Positions 9,948-18,123 of a stretch of 64,000 bases of DNA are shown one piece after another. Position numbers and translations under genes: made by a program. The stretch covers positions 1,917-65,916 of the forward strand of contig JBIKWF010000005.1 in assembly GCA_044356455.1 (NCBI GenBank), in the 5' to 3' direction. This DNA is from Bdellovibrionota bacterium. GTDB taxonomy: Bacteria > Bdellovibrionota_C > UBA2361 > JBGSMV01. The notes below the pieces were generated by a model. The model was not told where the DNA came from, made no database searches, and saw nothing but the letters and a program-made list of their open reading frames with translations. The first letter of the stretch is position 1; every line of letters starts with the position of its first letter.

Positions 9948-11257
9948 GAAAATTCATTGAGAGACTCCGCGGCGGTGCAGCAAGCCGCAAGTGGCGTTCA
10001 AACGCCGAAGTACTGCCCAAGGTGCTGCCGCGTAGCATGGCAGCGACTCTCGTGCGGGAGTGTTCCGACCGGCGACTTCTTGTGCAAACTGCTGCTCGTG
10101 CTACCGGGCGGTCCGAGCGTGATTTGATTGCCCAGCTCGCGGTGCAGCATAAAGTGCCGGTTGCGCCTGAGGTTCACCCCGTCGTGTTAGCGGCGCTTAA
10201 TGAGCCACTCGCCCTTGAAGAACTTAGGCGCGTAGCCGCGGTACCTGTCGTTCAAGAAGGACGGGTTTCGGGACTGGTAGTGGTGGATCCCGAACTGGCT
10301 CAGTCTCTGCGCGAGACATTAAAGATAGACGCCTATTACCTTGGCTCTTGGTATGATGTGGCGCGGGCCTTGGATGCAAGTGAAGAGCAGACCCGAGAGT
10401 ATGAACGCAGCCGCGAGCTTCTCGCTTCTCAGAAGGAATATGAATTGGCCTCTTCACTTATAAAAGTAATGTGTGAGGACGTCCAAGGATACGGCGCGTC
10501 AGCTTTTGTCATTGGTGTGCAGGCGGGACGAGGAGAATATAGCTTTGAGACCTCTGGCGGAGCTGCGGCGAAGGGGGCAATTGATTCAAAAGTTATAGGC
10601 CTCATCGTTTCGTATCTTGAGGCGGTTGCAAGTGGGAAGCGCACTGAAACATCCGGGATTTCAGCCGTTGAGAGGATAGGAGAAGGGACGTACCTGGTCC
10701 ATCTGGGTAGTATTCTTGTCCCTGTATACGAGGAGGCCGTAGTTTCCGGTGCTACGCCGCAGGAGTCTCCTGCTCCTCTCTCGAGCCGAGCCGCGAAAAC
10801 GACCACAGGATCCAACGTAGTTGCCTTCCCTGAGCGAGCGAAGAAAGACGAGGGTGTGGTGCTTGTTGTTGAAGATAGCCCCACCTTTGGGGCTGTGGTG
10901 TGCCGTTTTCTTGAGCGTCAGGGACTGCGCGCGCTCCGTTGCCCAGACGGAGCAGAAGCACTCAAACTCTTAAAAGAAGGAGCGGTGCGGCCCCAGCTAA
11001 TAATCTGTGACGTGCACATGCCTCAGCTTGGAGGTGAGCAGTTCGTGCAGCGCGTTCAGGAATTGTTTTCAGAGACAAGTTGCCCTCCCTTTATCTCGGT
11101 AAGTTCAGATTCTGAAGTGGAGACAGAATTAGCGATGCTTCGTGCGGGAGTCGACGTCTTCTTATCAAAGGCGGTTGATCCGAGGGTCCTGTGCGCGTAT
11201 GTCGAGAAGCTACTGGGGCGTAGTGCTGCTCGTTCTCGGGAGGCGGTCGCATGGTAA
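9944..11257 (+). CDS. Response regulator with an N-terminal T2SS-E_N (GspE_N/MshEN-like) domain and a C-terminal receiver
   Basis: The N-terminal region ('SERDLIAQLAVQHKVPVAPEV...LEELRRVAAVPVVQE') resembles the N-domain of GspE/PilB ATPases. The C-terminal CheY-type receiver reads 'VVLVVEDSPTF...LIICDVHMPQLGG...LSK'. It is translationally coupled to the pseudopilin gene. Confidence 0.75.
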   Translation: MRKFIERLRGGAASRKWRSNAEVLPKVLPRSMAATLVRECSDRRLLVQTAARATGRSERDLIAQLAVQHKVPVAPEVHPVVLAALNEPLALEELRRVAAVPVVQEGRVSGLVVVDPELAQSLRETLKIDAYYLGSWYDVARALDASEEQTREYERSRELLASQKEYELASSLIKVMCEDVQGYGASAFVIGVQAGRGEYSFETSGGAAAKGAIDSKVIGLIVSYLEAVASGKRTETSGISAVERIGEGTYLVHLGSILVPVYEEAVVSGATPQESPAPLSSRAAKTTTGSNVVAFPERAKKDEGVVLVVEDSPTFGAVVCRFLERQGLRALRCPDGAEALKLLKEGAVRPQLIICDVHMPQLGGEQFVQRVQELFSETSCPPFISVSSDSEVETELAMLRAGVDVFLSKAVDPRVLCAYVEKLLGRSAARSREAVAW

Positions 11258-13170
11258 CAGCTACGGTACTTGCACTTGCCTTTATTGATGCCTTCCTCGG
11301 CGCCCTCGCAGAGAGCTACTGGATAGTTCTCGCAAGTGCGGCCTGTGGGTTATGTGCCGTGTTCTCGCTCTTGCGTGACTTTAATGCGACCGAAGCGCTG
11401 CTGAGGAGCACCCTGGAGGGAGCAGAGGCTCGCGGAGCTGCAAGACCTAGCGTGAGTAGCATGGGCCTGCGCATAGCACAGCAAGTAGAGGCGCTGCGCT
11501 ATCGCTCCCAGACGCTTTCGTGGGAAGTCGGCACTCTTGTGCGAGGCTCTCCGCGCATGCAATCAAAGAGCCCGGAGGTCGCGTCATCTTCTCGCGGTGC
11601 TTCCACCCCTCGGGGGATTGAGGAAGTGTATCAAGCCTATGCCGCAAGAGTGCGCCGAGATTTTCGCCATGTGGCACTCGCTGTGGGAGATCGCAACGGC
11701 GTGGTGTTTAGCGACGGCATAAAGGGAGATCGCTTCACCAAGGCGTTTCAGCAGTTCTTCTGGCCTCTTTTTGAGGGGAATTCGCGGGCCGTGCTGGGTT
11801 TGTATGATGGCTTCAGTGAGCATCGACCCTTTGGCGGGTTTGGAGAATTTAAAATTCGCTGGAGTCTAAGCGCTTCTTTCTGTGCGGGTGAGCGTGAAAC
11901 AGTGGTTTGGCTTGGGTATTCGGCTGAGAGGGCGCCTACAGAAACCGAGCAGATGCGATTTATTGTTGGAGTTGAGGATCTTGCTGGAGAGATTCGAATT
12001 GCTGAGGAGCGAAGACAATTCACCTCTCGTGCGAAGGATGCGGAGCAGCGCTCTGCACAGAGCTCACGAATGCTTGCAGAGGTTTCCCACGATATTCGCT
12101 CTCCGCTGAGCAATATAAAGGCCGTTTTGAATGTGATTAAACTGGAAGGCGCGGGGAGCGACACCCCGCATCTTCTCGAGGTGGCCGAGAGCAACTGCGT
12201 GAGCATGAATGATATTCTTGAGTCTTTGATAGATTTTTCCCGTCTCCAAACTGGCACTCTGACTCCTCGAACAGAGGAGGTTTCTTTGTCTGAGGTCGTA
12301 AAATCTGTGGTGCAAGCTTTCGAAGTCACGGCGAGGCTTAAGGGGATATCGCTCTCGCTTGAGACTTGTCCCGAAATGCTTGAGATTCGCATCGACCGGG
12401 TGCATGTGCGCAGAATGCTGTCCAATCTTGTGAGTAATGCACTTAAATATACTGAACATGGCGAAGTGACGGTGCGCCTCTTGCAGAAAGATTTACGCGC
12501 CTCCGTTTCGGTCACCGATACCGGAAGGGGAATGACACGCGAGCAACAAGATCAGCTTTTTACTCCCTTCGCAAGATTCCATACCGAAATGGCAGAAGGA
12601 ATTGGGCTTGGGCTTGCGCTTACGCGTTCTCTTGCCGAGCTCAATCAGGTGGACCTGGTGGTGGACTCGGAGCCGGCAAAAGGCTCGACCTTTACGCTTG
12701 TGTTTAAGAAACCTGTGACGTGTGTGGACGCCGATCGTGCGCATGGTTTATCGGTGGGTTCACAGACTCCTGGTCGGCGAATTCGAATTCTTGTAGTGGA
12801 TGATAATCGAGACTCCGTAGAGACGCTTTCTCGAAGTCTTGAGCTAAGAGGATTAGAGGTAGTTCGTGCGTACTCGGTAACCGAGGCCCTTTCTACTCTT
12901 GGTTCAGTGTCAAAAGAGATTTCGCTTGATGTAATCGTTTCGGATGTCCACATGCCAAAAGGAGGAGTCGAGGCGATTCTGGCTCATCGCGCATTGATGG
13001 ATAATCCCCCTGCGGTGATTGTGCTCTCAGGGAGCGTCACCTCGAGTCAGAGGCTTCTCAAAGCGGGAGTGCGGCGTGTGCTGCTCAAGCCTGCGGATCT
13101 CAATGAGCTCGTCATTGAGATAGAGCGCGCCGTTACTGAGGCTGCAAAGCCCTTGGAGCGGGCAGCATAG
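11251..13170 (+). CDS. Hybrid sensor histidine kinase (HisKA, HATPase and C-terminal receiver)
   Basis: It has an N-terminal TM segment. Motifs: H-box 'LAEVSHDIRSPLSNI', N box 'NLVSNALKYT', G boxes 'DTGRGM' and 'GIGLGLAL', and receiver 'RILVVDDNRDS...VIVSDVHMPKGG'. The start overlaps the regulator stop. Confidence 0.85.
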   Translation: MVTATVLALAFIDAFLGALAESYWIVLASAACGLCAVFSLLRDFNATEALLRSTLEGAEARGAARPSVSSMGLRIAQQVEALRYRSQTLSWEVGTLVRGSPRMQSKSPEVASSSRGASTPRGIEEVYQAYAARVRRDFRHVALAVGDRNGVVFSDGIKGDRFTKAFQQFFWPLFEGNSRAVLGLYDGFSEHRPFGGFGEFKIRWSLSASFCAGERETVVWLGYSAERAPTETEQMRFIVGVEDLAGEIRIAEERRQFTSRAKDAEQRSAQSSRMLAEVSHDIRSPLSNIKAVLNVIKLEGAGSDTPHLLEVAESNCVSMNDILESLIDFSRLQTGTLTPRTEEVSLSEVVKSVVQAFEVTARLKGISLSLETCPEMLEIRIDRVHVRRMLSNLVSNALKYTEHGEVTVRLLQKDLRASVSVTDTGRGMTREQQDQLFTPFARFHTEMAEGIGLGLALTRSLAELNQVDLVVDSEPAKGSTFTLVFKKPVTCVDADRAHGLSVGSQTPGRRIRILVVDDNRDSVETLSRSLELRGLEVVRAYSVTEALSTLGSVSKEISLDVIVSDVHMPKGGVEAILAHRALMDNPPAVIVLSGSVTSSQRLLKAGVRRVLLKPADLNELVIEIERAVTEAAKPLERAA

Positions 13171-13222
13171 CCAGTTTCCCAGAGTGGCGTTCGAAAGAGG
13201 ATATGCCTAAGCCCCGTGGCTA

Positions 13223-13771
13223 TTAAAGCCCAGTCACTATTTCGTCGCCTAGCAATTTTGGCAGCTCTGGATGAGGCTGTTTTCCACCGTGCTCTGGCGT
13301 AATTTGCTGCCGCGAACGCTGGATGTTCCGCTGCAAATGCAGGAGCGCGTCGATAACGGTTTCGGGACGCGGAGGGCAGCCCGGGATGTACATATCGACT
13401 GGAATGATCTTATCGATGCCTGCCACTGTGGTGTAGTTATCGTAGAATCCGCCCGAGGATGCGCAGGCACCAAACGCAATCACCCACTTGGGTTCTGCCA
13501 TTTGTTCATAGACGCGCTTAAGAACCGGAGCGAGCTTGTGATTGATGGTGCCTACTACCCAAAGAAGATCGGCTTGGCGAGGAGTGAAGCGCGGAAGCGC
13601 GGCGCCGAATCTATCGGTATCGTAATGTGAGCAGCTCACCGCCATAAACTCCATGCCACAGCACGCCGTGACGAAGGGGTAAGAGAAGAGTGAATACTTG
13701 CGGGCCCAACCAAGGGCACTCTCGAGGGTCGTGAGAACAAAACCTGAGTCGTCAGCGCGCGGGGGCATCAT
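13223..13771 (-). CDS. nuoB: NADH-quinone oxidoreductase subunit B (NuoB/Nqo6 family), with no other nuo genes nearby
   Basis: Motifs 'TACCGMEFMA', 'FGACASSGGFY' and 'IPGCPPRPE' provide all four cluster-N2 cysteines. The ATG at 13771, preceded by GAGG 6 nt upstream, is preferred to the TTG at 13789. Confidence 0.85.
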   Translation of the reverse strand: MMPPRADDSGFVLTTLESALGWARKYSLFSYPFVTACCGMEFMAVSCSHYDTDRFGAALPRFTPRQADLLWVVGTINHKLAPVLKRVYEQMAEPKWVIAFGACASSGGFYDNYTTVAGIDKIIPVDMYIPGCPPRPETVIDALLHLQRNIQRSRQQITPEHGGKQPHPELPKLLGDEIVTGL

Positions 13772-14178
13772 AGTTGCCTCAAAACACAAAAAAGTCTGTT
13801 GTTCTCGGAGTATAGGGGGGAGGGGGCAGTTCCGTCAAAGTATTGATTATACGGGGCACTGCCCCAATCTATCTGGGGATCGGCTAAAAATTCATTAATT
13901 CTTAGGTGTTATCTTCTCAATCCGTACGTGGCGCTCTGTGGCCTGTTTTCCACAAAGCCTCCATGGATTGCGAAAAGACCAGAGGAGCTCACGCTCAGGA
14001 GGTGGATTGTCAGCACGGTAAGGTCCAGAAGCGCTGCTCTCGGCATTGCCGCCGTCGAGCCAACTCTCATCTGGTCTCCGTCCGAGAGCCGCCTTTGGGG
14101 GGCGATGCCCGCCGCAGTATCGCTCGGCCGCTTCGGCCTCGCTCTCCTGCGGCAGGAGAAGTGGCTTACCGAAGAACC

Positions 14179-15375
14179 CTAGTCAACAAGCACGTGACTA
14201 TTGAGGATCGCTCTTTGCTGTTCTGAAAAGTCCTCACGCGCATAATAGCTGTTTGCTCCCCCTTTCTTTTTGTTGCGGCTATCTTCTGAGGAAAGTCGCA
14301 GTGGGCGAGGAAACATCACGTTGTTCCTTGAGTCCCCCTGCTCGCGGCATTGAATTTCGGTAATGCAAGACTCAGTATCAGAAAGTGAATCCGATCTAAT
14401 GACCTGGCCACCCTTAAATTCTACAACATTTTCGAGCCCTAAATAGAGGCCAATGTCGCGTGCGACTTCCTCTGCGCAAAGCCTGATTTCGTCGTTGTGC
14501 CCAGACGGTCTATCGGTGTCACCATCTCCTCGCACTTGAAACTGGCCGTCGCCGCCCGTGACTTCAAGAATATCTATCACGATAGCGCTTCTTGCCGACG
14601 GAACAGATGGTCCAGGGGCCGCGCCAGGGACGCCATATTGGTCGTCTGCTTTAAGGCCTTTGACCTTTCCCGCAAAAATAACATTCACCGCGTACGGTCT
14701 CACCGCCGCGCTTATTGCGTCATACGTCGAGTCTCCCGCACGGGGGTCAGTAACCTCCGTCGCTCCTGCAAAGGAGTACCATGCAGGGTCAATTCCAATT
14801 CCCGCGCGCGAATAGAGAACTTTTACAATTTCTACGACTCCTTCAAGGTCGTTTCTTATTTCCTCAGAGTCTGCAGCCGCTCCGAGCGAGATGAAATTGA
14901 CTTTAAGAGTGCCGCTGCTTGAATCGGAGTCGCTCTTGCTAAGGAGTGCAAGGCTCACGTCTCTACCTGGTACCTGCGTGCTGAGCTGGTAATTTATCTG
15001 GTACGTGCCAGCGCTAATTGCGCCTGCACCGAAAGGAAAGTTAAGAGTCGAGGGGGAAGCTGGGCTTCTTTGCGCTTGAGCAGTTCCTTGAGAGGATTGG
15101 GAGAGGATTTCCTGACCGACGCCATTCTTCAGGCCTTTGGGTACTAAGGTCCCGTCGCCTGAGAGGCCTGCCAATTGAAAAGCGGTCGTTCCGGAAGGCA
15201 GTGAGAACGAAAAACTTACAAGGCCCTGGTCGGAGGTGCTGCCGTTTTGGTTCGATTGAACTATTTCGAGGGAGCTCGATCCGTCATCTACGTTGCCGCC
15301 TCCACTGGAACAGGCACAAAGCCCAAGGAGAGGCGCGGCGAATAGAGCGAGCGGGCGAAGTGAGGAAAACTTCAT
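14179..15375 (-). CDS. Lipoprotein of unknown function, with a possibly degenerate M43/pappalysin-like C-terminal region
   Basis: The signal peptide has a lipobox, 'LFAAPLLGLC/AC'. The C-terminal 'ARDIGLYLGLEN...DTESC...C...NNVMFP' resembles the metzincin M43 layout, but the zinc ligands are replaced (see findings). Confidence 0.6.
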   Translation of the reverse strand: MKFSSLRPLALFAAPLLGLCACSSGGGNVDDGSSSLEIVQSNQNGSTSDQGLVSFSFSLPSGTTAFQLAGLSGDGTLVPKGLKNGVGQEILSQSSQGTAQAQRSPASPSTLNFPFGAGAISAGTYQINYQLSTQVPGRDVSLALLSKSDSDSSSGTLKVNFISLGAAADSEEIRNDLEGVVEIVKVLYSRAGIGIDPAWYSFAGATEVTDPRAGDSTYDAISAAVRPYAVNVIFAGKVKGLKADDQYGVPGAAPGPSVPSARSAIVIDILEVTGGDGQFQVRGDGDTDRPSGHNDEIRLCAEEVARDIGLYLGLENVVEFKGGQVIRSDSLSDTESCITEIQCREQGDSRNNVMFPRPLRLSSEDSRNKKKGGANSYYAREDFSEQQRAILNSHVLVD

Positions 15376-15494
15376 ACGTGATACTACCGGTATGAGAGGT
15401 GAAGAATGCTTCTCACTACCAACGAATTCGGGAGGAGAAGTGCTCTGATGATACCGCTGAGTAAATTCTTAGTGAAGCTAGTAGATTCAGCTAG

Positions 15495-17660
15495 TTACGA
15501 CGTGGTCGCCTGATTCGTGGGCTCCGGTAGCGAAGCGAGTAGCGTGGAGAGGAGTTCTCTCCCTTGGATGCCAAGCGCGAGATCCATGCTCGAATAGATC
15601 TCTCCCACCTTGAGAAGTACTCGCACGCGATCTGCCCAGCGCGAAAGTTTGTATGTCGCCGTAAGCGCGCTATAGAGCGCCTCAACCGCATCTTGCTTTT
15701 GCCCCGTTGCCACATATGTCTCTGCGATTCGGCAATACCAAACAGGAAGGTCGGAGAAGTCATTTTTTTCTACAAGCGTAAGAGCTAAGCGCGGGAGCTT
15801 TACTTGAAGCATGGTGTCCGAAATGAGAGCGGCAAGAGAGAGGCTTCGAGCTGCATCTTTTCCGAATGCTGCCGACTCCGCGGCTTCCTCAAGTAGAGAA
15901 ACAACCTGATTAATTGCTCCCTGCTTAAAGCTAAACTTAGCGGCTTCTGTGAGTAGGACCGCGCGAAGATAAGGATCTTCGGTGGAGCGAGCGAGTGCAA
16001 TTCCCTCATCAAGGTAGTCTTTCTGGAAAAGTAAATTCTGAAAGCCTCGTAAGTAGCTTTTCCACTTCTTATCCTCTTGCTGCAGCGCTAACGCCGAGCG
16101 CTTCGCCTCCTCAAGGCGGTGTAATTCAAGATACGAATCTCTTAGCTCAAGAAGTACCGAAGCGCGCTCTTTGGAAGAAGTCAGCTTGGGAAGTAGTGTC
16201 TCAGCTTCCTGAAGAAAACGCTTCGCGAATCCACTACTTCCCTTCTCTTCGCTGAGCCGTGCAACTCGAGCATAGGCACGCGCGCGGGGGCCATCTTGCT
16301 CTATGAGTTTTAAGGCATCGAACGCCTTTGCGGGCTCGTCTGCTGCCGCGAGAGCCGTCGCGCACGTAAGAAGCACTTGTATGCGCGCTTCGGCGGATTC
16401 ATCACTCTGAGGGAGTCTCTTGGTGAGTGCGAGTGCTCTTTGCGAAAAGAGAAGGGTTTCAGAACTTTTCCCCAGTTCTGCAGACTCAAGAGCGGCAGAA
16501 GAGAGGAGCTGGGCCGTGGCTAGATTCTCCTCTTCTGCTAATGCCGTTGCCTGAGAGAGCAACTCTAAGGCGCGTTCCGTGCTTCCTGCCGCGCGCATGA
16601 GCCGGGCATGGGCAAGGAACATCTCGGCGCGGGCCTCCGGGGACGCCAATTTTGAGATCAGGGGTACGCTCTGGTCGAGAAAGAGAAGAATTGTTGCGGA
16701 GGACTCTTTTTCTGCCGCGGATTGTGCGAGGGAGAGCAGAAACTGAATTCTAGTCTCCGTGCTGAAGAGCACGGTGCTTGCTGCAAGCGCTTGATGGGGC
16801 AGGTTTTTCTCTAGAAGTTTTTCGGACACTTCTTTAAGGGCAGCAGCTCTTCGTGTTTTGTCTTGGATAGATTGCAGCGCCTCGTATCCTCGCTGCTCGA
16901 CACCCAAGGTGTAATAGACAAGTGCAATTTGAGTGAGGGCGCGTGCGCGCTGCTCAGGCTCTGGGACTTGCTTCGCTGAAGAGAGCGCAAGAAACGCAAC
17001 TTCTAAGGATTCGCTCTTTCTACTAGCGTTAGCATGCGTAATCGCGATGTCAGAGAGAAATTGGATGCGCTCCGACGGGTTCGTTATGCCAGAACTCAGA
17101 AGCAGTGCTTCGCGCAGCGCCGCTTGGGACTCTGAGGCTCGTCCGGCAATGTCGAGACTTCTCGCGAGTGCGATTTGAAGCTCTGCCTGCGGGACTCGTT
17201 CCTTAAGGCTACGGATAATGACTTGCGCCGCGCTGAGAGGATCTCCATCTGCTTTAACTCTGAGCTCAAGCTGCGGGAGCGTGGTTTCTCTCAGTTCGCG
17301 CAGCGAAACGCCACCAAGATCCACTGCGCCGGTTGCAACGCCTTGCCCAAGCAGAGTATCGGGAAATTTCTGCGCAATCAGATTAGTCAGCTCAAGAGCC
17401 TTTTGGTAGTGCGCAAGCTGCAGAGTTTTGTTGTCTTCTCGCTGCCCAGCCGTCCCGACGGGGGAGGGGGTGCGTGTGGGTTCGCGAGTCCCAAGTTCCT
17501 GCGCCGCAATTGTTTCTAGACGTGCGAGGGTGAGGAGTTTTTGTGCTTCCTCTTCGGAGCTCGTGCATCCCGTGCAAGCGAAAACAAGGAGCAGGCTAGC
17601 GGCCCGGAGAAGATTTCGAATCACCTTGTCTGACGGTGCCAATTGAATTCCAGGGTACAC
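15495..17660 (-). CDS. TPR/Sel1-like repeat lipoprotein (721 aa)
   Basis: It has a lipobox, 'LLLVFACTGC/TSS'. The remainder is Ala/Leu-rich helical-repeat sequence of TPR type. Confidence 0.7.
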   Translation of the reverse strand: MYPGIQLAPSDKVIRNLLRAASLLLVFACTGCTSSEEEAQKLLTLARLETIAAQELGTREPTRTPSPVGTAGQREDNKTLQLAHYQKALELTNLIAQKFPDTLLGQGVATGAVDLGGVSLRELRETTLPQLELRVKADGDPLSAAQVIIRSLKERVPQAELQIALARSLDIAGRASESQAALREALLLSSGITNPSERIQFLSDIAITHANASRKSESLEVAFLALSSAKQVPEPEQRARALTQIALVYYTLGVEQRGYEALQSIQDKTRRAAALKEVSEKLLEKNLPHQALAASTVLFSTETRIQFLLSLAQSAAEKESSATILLFLDQSVPLISKLASPEARAEMFLAHARLMRAAGSTERALELLSQATALAEEENLATAQLLSSAALESAELGKSSETLLFSQRALALTKRLPQSDESAEARIQVLLTCATALAAADEPAKAFDALKLIEQDGPRARAYARVARLSEEKGSSGFAKRFLQEAETLLPKLTSSKERASVLLELRDSYLELHRLEEAKRSALALQQEDKKWKSYLRGFQNLLFQKDYLDEGIALARSTEDPYLRAVLLTEAAKFSFKQGAINQVVSLLEEAAESAAFGKDAARSLSLAALISDTMLQVKLPRLALTLVEKNDFSDLPVWYCRIAETYVATGQKQDAVEALYSALTATYKLSRWADRVRVLLKVGEIYSSMDLALGIQGRELLSTLLASLPEPTNQATTS

Positions 17661-17697
17661 GATGAATTTCTCGCCGAGTGGTTACTGGCCGTCATGT

Positions 17698-17911
17698 CTC
17701 ACGGGATCCCTGACGGGTCCGTGAGACTGCGTTGGAATTCCGCCATCCAGGCGGATTTCCAACGTCGCGCACCTGCGAGCGCCGCCTACACAGCGTCGCC
17801 CTCCGGTGCGCTCCAAATCGCTCCCTTCGGTCGCGATTTGCTAACGCCGTCCGGGCGTTAGCTAGCCTGGTTTGCTCTCGGCCCGGAAGGGCCGTGAGCA
17901 AACCAGGCTAG
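17698..17911. repeat. GC-rich module of five consecutive hairpins; the 88-nt core is repeated, inverted, at 51858..51945
   Basis: Stems: CTCACGG/CCGTGAG; GGAATTCCGCC/GGCGGATTTCC; CAAATCGC/GCGATTTG with a CUUCGG loop; CTAACGCC/GGCGTTAG; and a 23-bp stem at 17862..17911 closed by GGAA. It is intergenic. Confidence 0.6.
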
Positions 17912-18084
17912 GGGCGCAAATTCCCCTATTCAAGATGATTTCTTGGGTAGGGAAGACTCGTGAAGGATAGCTTGAAATGAGGGTGGGTAATAGAACCTCG
18001 GCTCAGAGCTTTAAACCCTCAATTAATAGATAAAACACTGTCGTGTAATCTTGGGAGCCTCTTAATTGCCCCCCCCCGCACCTT

Positions 18085-18123
18085 CCTTTGTGGTCTCTGT
18101 GGTCTTAGTGGTTGTTCTAATAA
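18085..18123. repeat. REP-like element, half copy (GTGGTCTCTGTGGTCTTAGTGGTTGTT)
   Basis: About 40 nt are nearly identical to 28951..28990. It abuts the stop codon of the hydrolase gene. Confidence 0.5.

Noticed and set aside
13898-14182. GC-rich gap downstream of the lipoprotein gene that is open in several frames, raising the possibility of read-through, a frameshifted extension or a small gene. The frames are two minus-strand frames of about 90 codons and the plus-strand ORFs 13906..14226 and 13928..14182
   Set aside because: The in-frame continuation is Arg-rich nonsense. The other frames lack start codons or have implausible composition. Multiple open frames are expected in a GC-rich spacer.
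17862-17911. Possible SRP (4.5S) RNA domain IV, because of the CCCGGAAGGG hairpin
   Set aside because: The stem is an almost perfect 23-bp helix without the conserved asymmetric and symmetric internal loops of SRP RNA. The flanks do not resemble ffs either.
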